A program made the translations under genes and the position numbers. The notes under the pieces are model-generated. The model was given only the letters and a program-made list of their open reading frames with translations, did not search any database and was not told the origin of the DNA. From Octopus sinensis (taxonomy: Eukaryota), in NCBI RefSeq assembly GCF_006345805.1, contig NC_043004.1, positions 9,424,001-9,488,000 on the forward strand: 64,000 nucleotides of DNA, read 5' to 3'. Below are positions 62,018-64,000 of the stretch, piece by piece (position 1 is the first letter of the stretch; each line of letters starts with the position of its first letter).

Positions 62018-64000
62018 TTTTATTTATCTAGTTTCAGCTCACAAGCTGTGGCCATGCTGGGGCACCACCATTTGGTGTTGCTACATGATTTTACTTCACG
62101 AATGCTTTTTAGCAATTGCCATTTGGTGCATGCGAGAGTTCAATGCAGCTGCTCTCATCTGCACCTCCTGCCGAAGAAGAGATCCAGTTTCATTTTAAAG
62201 ACATCTGCATCCACCCCATGCAGGTCTCTTAAGTTCTTCGGGATGATATTGAAGAGCTGTGGACCTCTGAAGCACAGACTATCACAGTATCTTGTCCTAC
62301 ATCTTGATGGCAAATTTGGAGTCCTTGGCACCACGGAGTGGCGCCCAGTTCTGGCATTTGTGTAACTCTCGATGCCAAAGTTTGGGACAAGTCCTTCTAG
62401 GATCTTCCAGATGTATATTATGGCATATCTTTCTCGCCTACGCTCTAAGGAATAGAGTCTCAATCTCTTGAGTCTTTCCCAATAGCTTATATGCTGCACA
62501 GAGGCTATCTTCTTCGTGTAGTTTCGTTGGATCGCCTCAAGTTCTGTGATTAACTTGACACTGGATGGTGACCATAGCTGAGAGCAATAGTCAAAGTGGC
62601 TTAGGATAAGTGTCCTCCAGAGGACCATCATGGTTTCTTGGTCTCTTGTTCTAAAGGTTCTAAGAATCCATCCGGTCAGCCGTCTACATTTCATTGCCAA
62701 TTTAGCAACATGTACATGAAAGGTTGCGTCATCACTCATGTAAATACCCAGGTCTCGCACTGATTGTGCCTCTGGGATTGCAATCCCTCCGGGTCCAGTG
62801 TATTCATTGGGTATTGCATTTAGTTTTGCATGCTGATAGCATAAAGCTTGAAACTTTTCAGCATTGAACTGCATGCTATTCTTTTCAGCCCACTTGTATA
62901 TTTTGTCCAGCTCACATTGCAGGTGATTAGTGTCTTCAGGGTTCTGTATTGCCTGTGAAACTTTTGTATCATCTGCATAACTTGTGATCGTGGCTCTCTG
63001 CGTGGCTGAGGGCATGCCTGAGAGGGCCATTATGAACAGTAGTCGTCCCAAAACAGTGCCCTGCAGAACACCGCTCACTATTTGCGTGTTAATGGAAGTG
63101 GCCCCATTGGTTACTACCACCTGACTTCTATTCTTCAGAAAGTCATGATGCCACTCTCCCAATTTTCCAACTATGCCAAGATCACGCAGTTTGTGACATA
63201 GCATTCCATGATCGACTTTATCAAAGGCCTTTGCAAAGTCGAGATATATGACTTCCACATTTGAGTGGTTGAGCAGTCGTTTCAGCACCCAGTCATAGTG
63301 TTGTAGGAGCTGAGTTAAGCAGCTTCTTCGTGGTCGGAAACCATGTTGGGTGTCAGGCAGCAAGTCATTTTCTTCAAGGAAGGTGATTAGTTTCCTTCTG
63401 ACTATTCGTGTTCCATGACCTTGCTGATGTGTGAGGTCAGAGAGATAGGTCTGTAGTTCTTGGCCTCCGCTCTGCTACCTCCTTTATGAATAGGTCATAT
63501 TTTACCTTCCTTCAGTTTTCTTCGAAGTTTGCCAGTTGCAAGGAAGCTCTGAAAGAGGAACTGCAGTGGTCTTGCTAGGACTCTCTTACATACTTTTAGA
63601 AGGATTGCCGGGAATCCATCGGGGCCATTGGCTGAGTTTGTTTTCATTTCATCTATAGCCTTTATTACATCGTCTTCCTTTATATTGATGTAATCAATCA
63701 TCGCTGCCTCTGATTTTATATCTGCGGTGGTAAAGAAGTCAGTTGGATTGCTGATTTGGATATGCCCAAGGGGTGGAGTGAAAACACTCTTGAATTGCTC
63801 ATTTAGTATTTCACTTACCCTCATTGGATTTCCTGTGAGTGTGCCATCCTTTTCAAGGAGTGGCCCTATCCTACAGTGCACTGTAGCTGTTTCTTTGGCA
63901 TACCTGTAGAAAGCTCTGGGGTTAGATTTTATGTTGTCTATAGCCCAGGCTTCTTTGTCTGCTCTTTCCTTTTCATGGGAGAGTTGCAGACATTTTTCAA
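62018..64000 (-). mobile_element. CR1-group LINE (subfamily B), continues beyond window
   Basis: ORFs 62155-63363 (402 aa RT) and 63495-63881 closely match the 44947-47142 copy; 3' tail at 62025-62072. Confidence 0.93.

Overview
Animal non-coding, repeat-saturated DNA: AT-rich, dense in (TA)n, (TATG)n, (TATC)n, (CA)n and (TAA)n microsatellites, with one 100-N gap. The repeat complement (tRNA-derived CORE- and Meta-type SINEs, CR1-group, RTE and R4/Dong LINEs, Penelope-like elements, mariner, Helitrons) suggests an octopus/cephalopod genome; this is inference. No host protein-coding gene can be supported. Most ORFs in the track are microsatellite translations, and the meaningful ones are decayed transposon ORFs. 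The main signal is about 20 hammerhead ribozyme (HHR) motifs, intact or decayed, read by eye. Five sit in a ~487-bp non-coding tandem array with an inverted left arm (23526-26165), and two perfect ones sit in an adjacent ~348-bp partial tandem/inverted unit (22787-23477). The rest are dispersed minimal type I HHRs, some with covarying catalytic-core variants (U3-A8, G3-U8). With two Penelope RT/GIY-YIG remnants nearby, this looks like a Penelope/retrozyme system: non-autonomous, ribozyme-bearing, probably circular-RNA-forming retroelements inserting into TA microsatellites. All coordinates and folds were read by eye, and boundaries are approximate.
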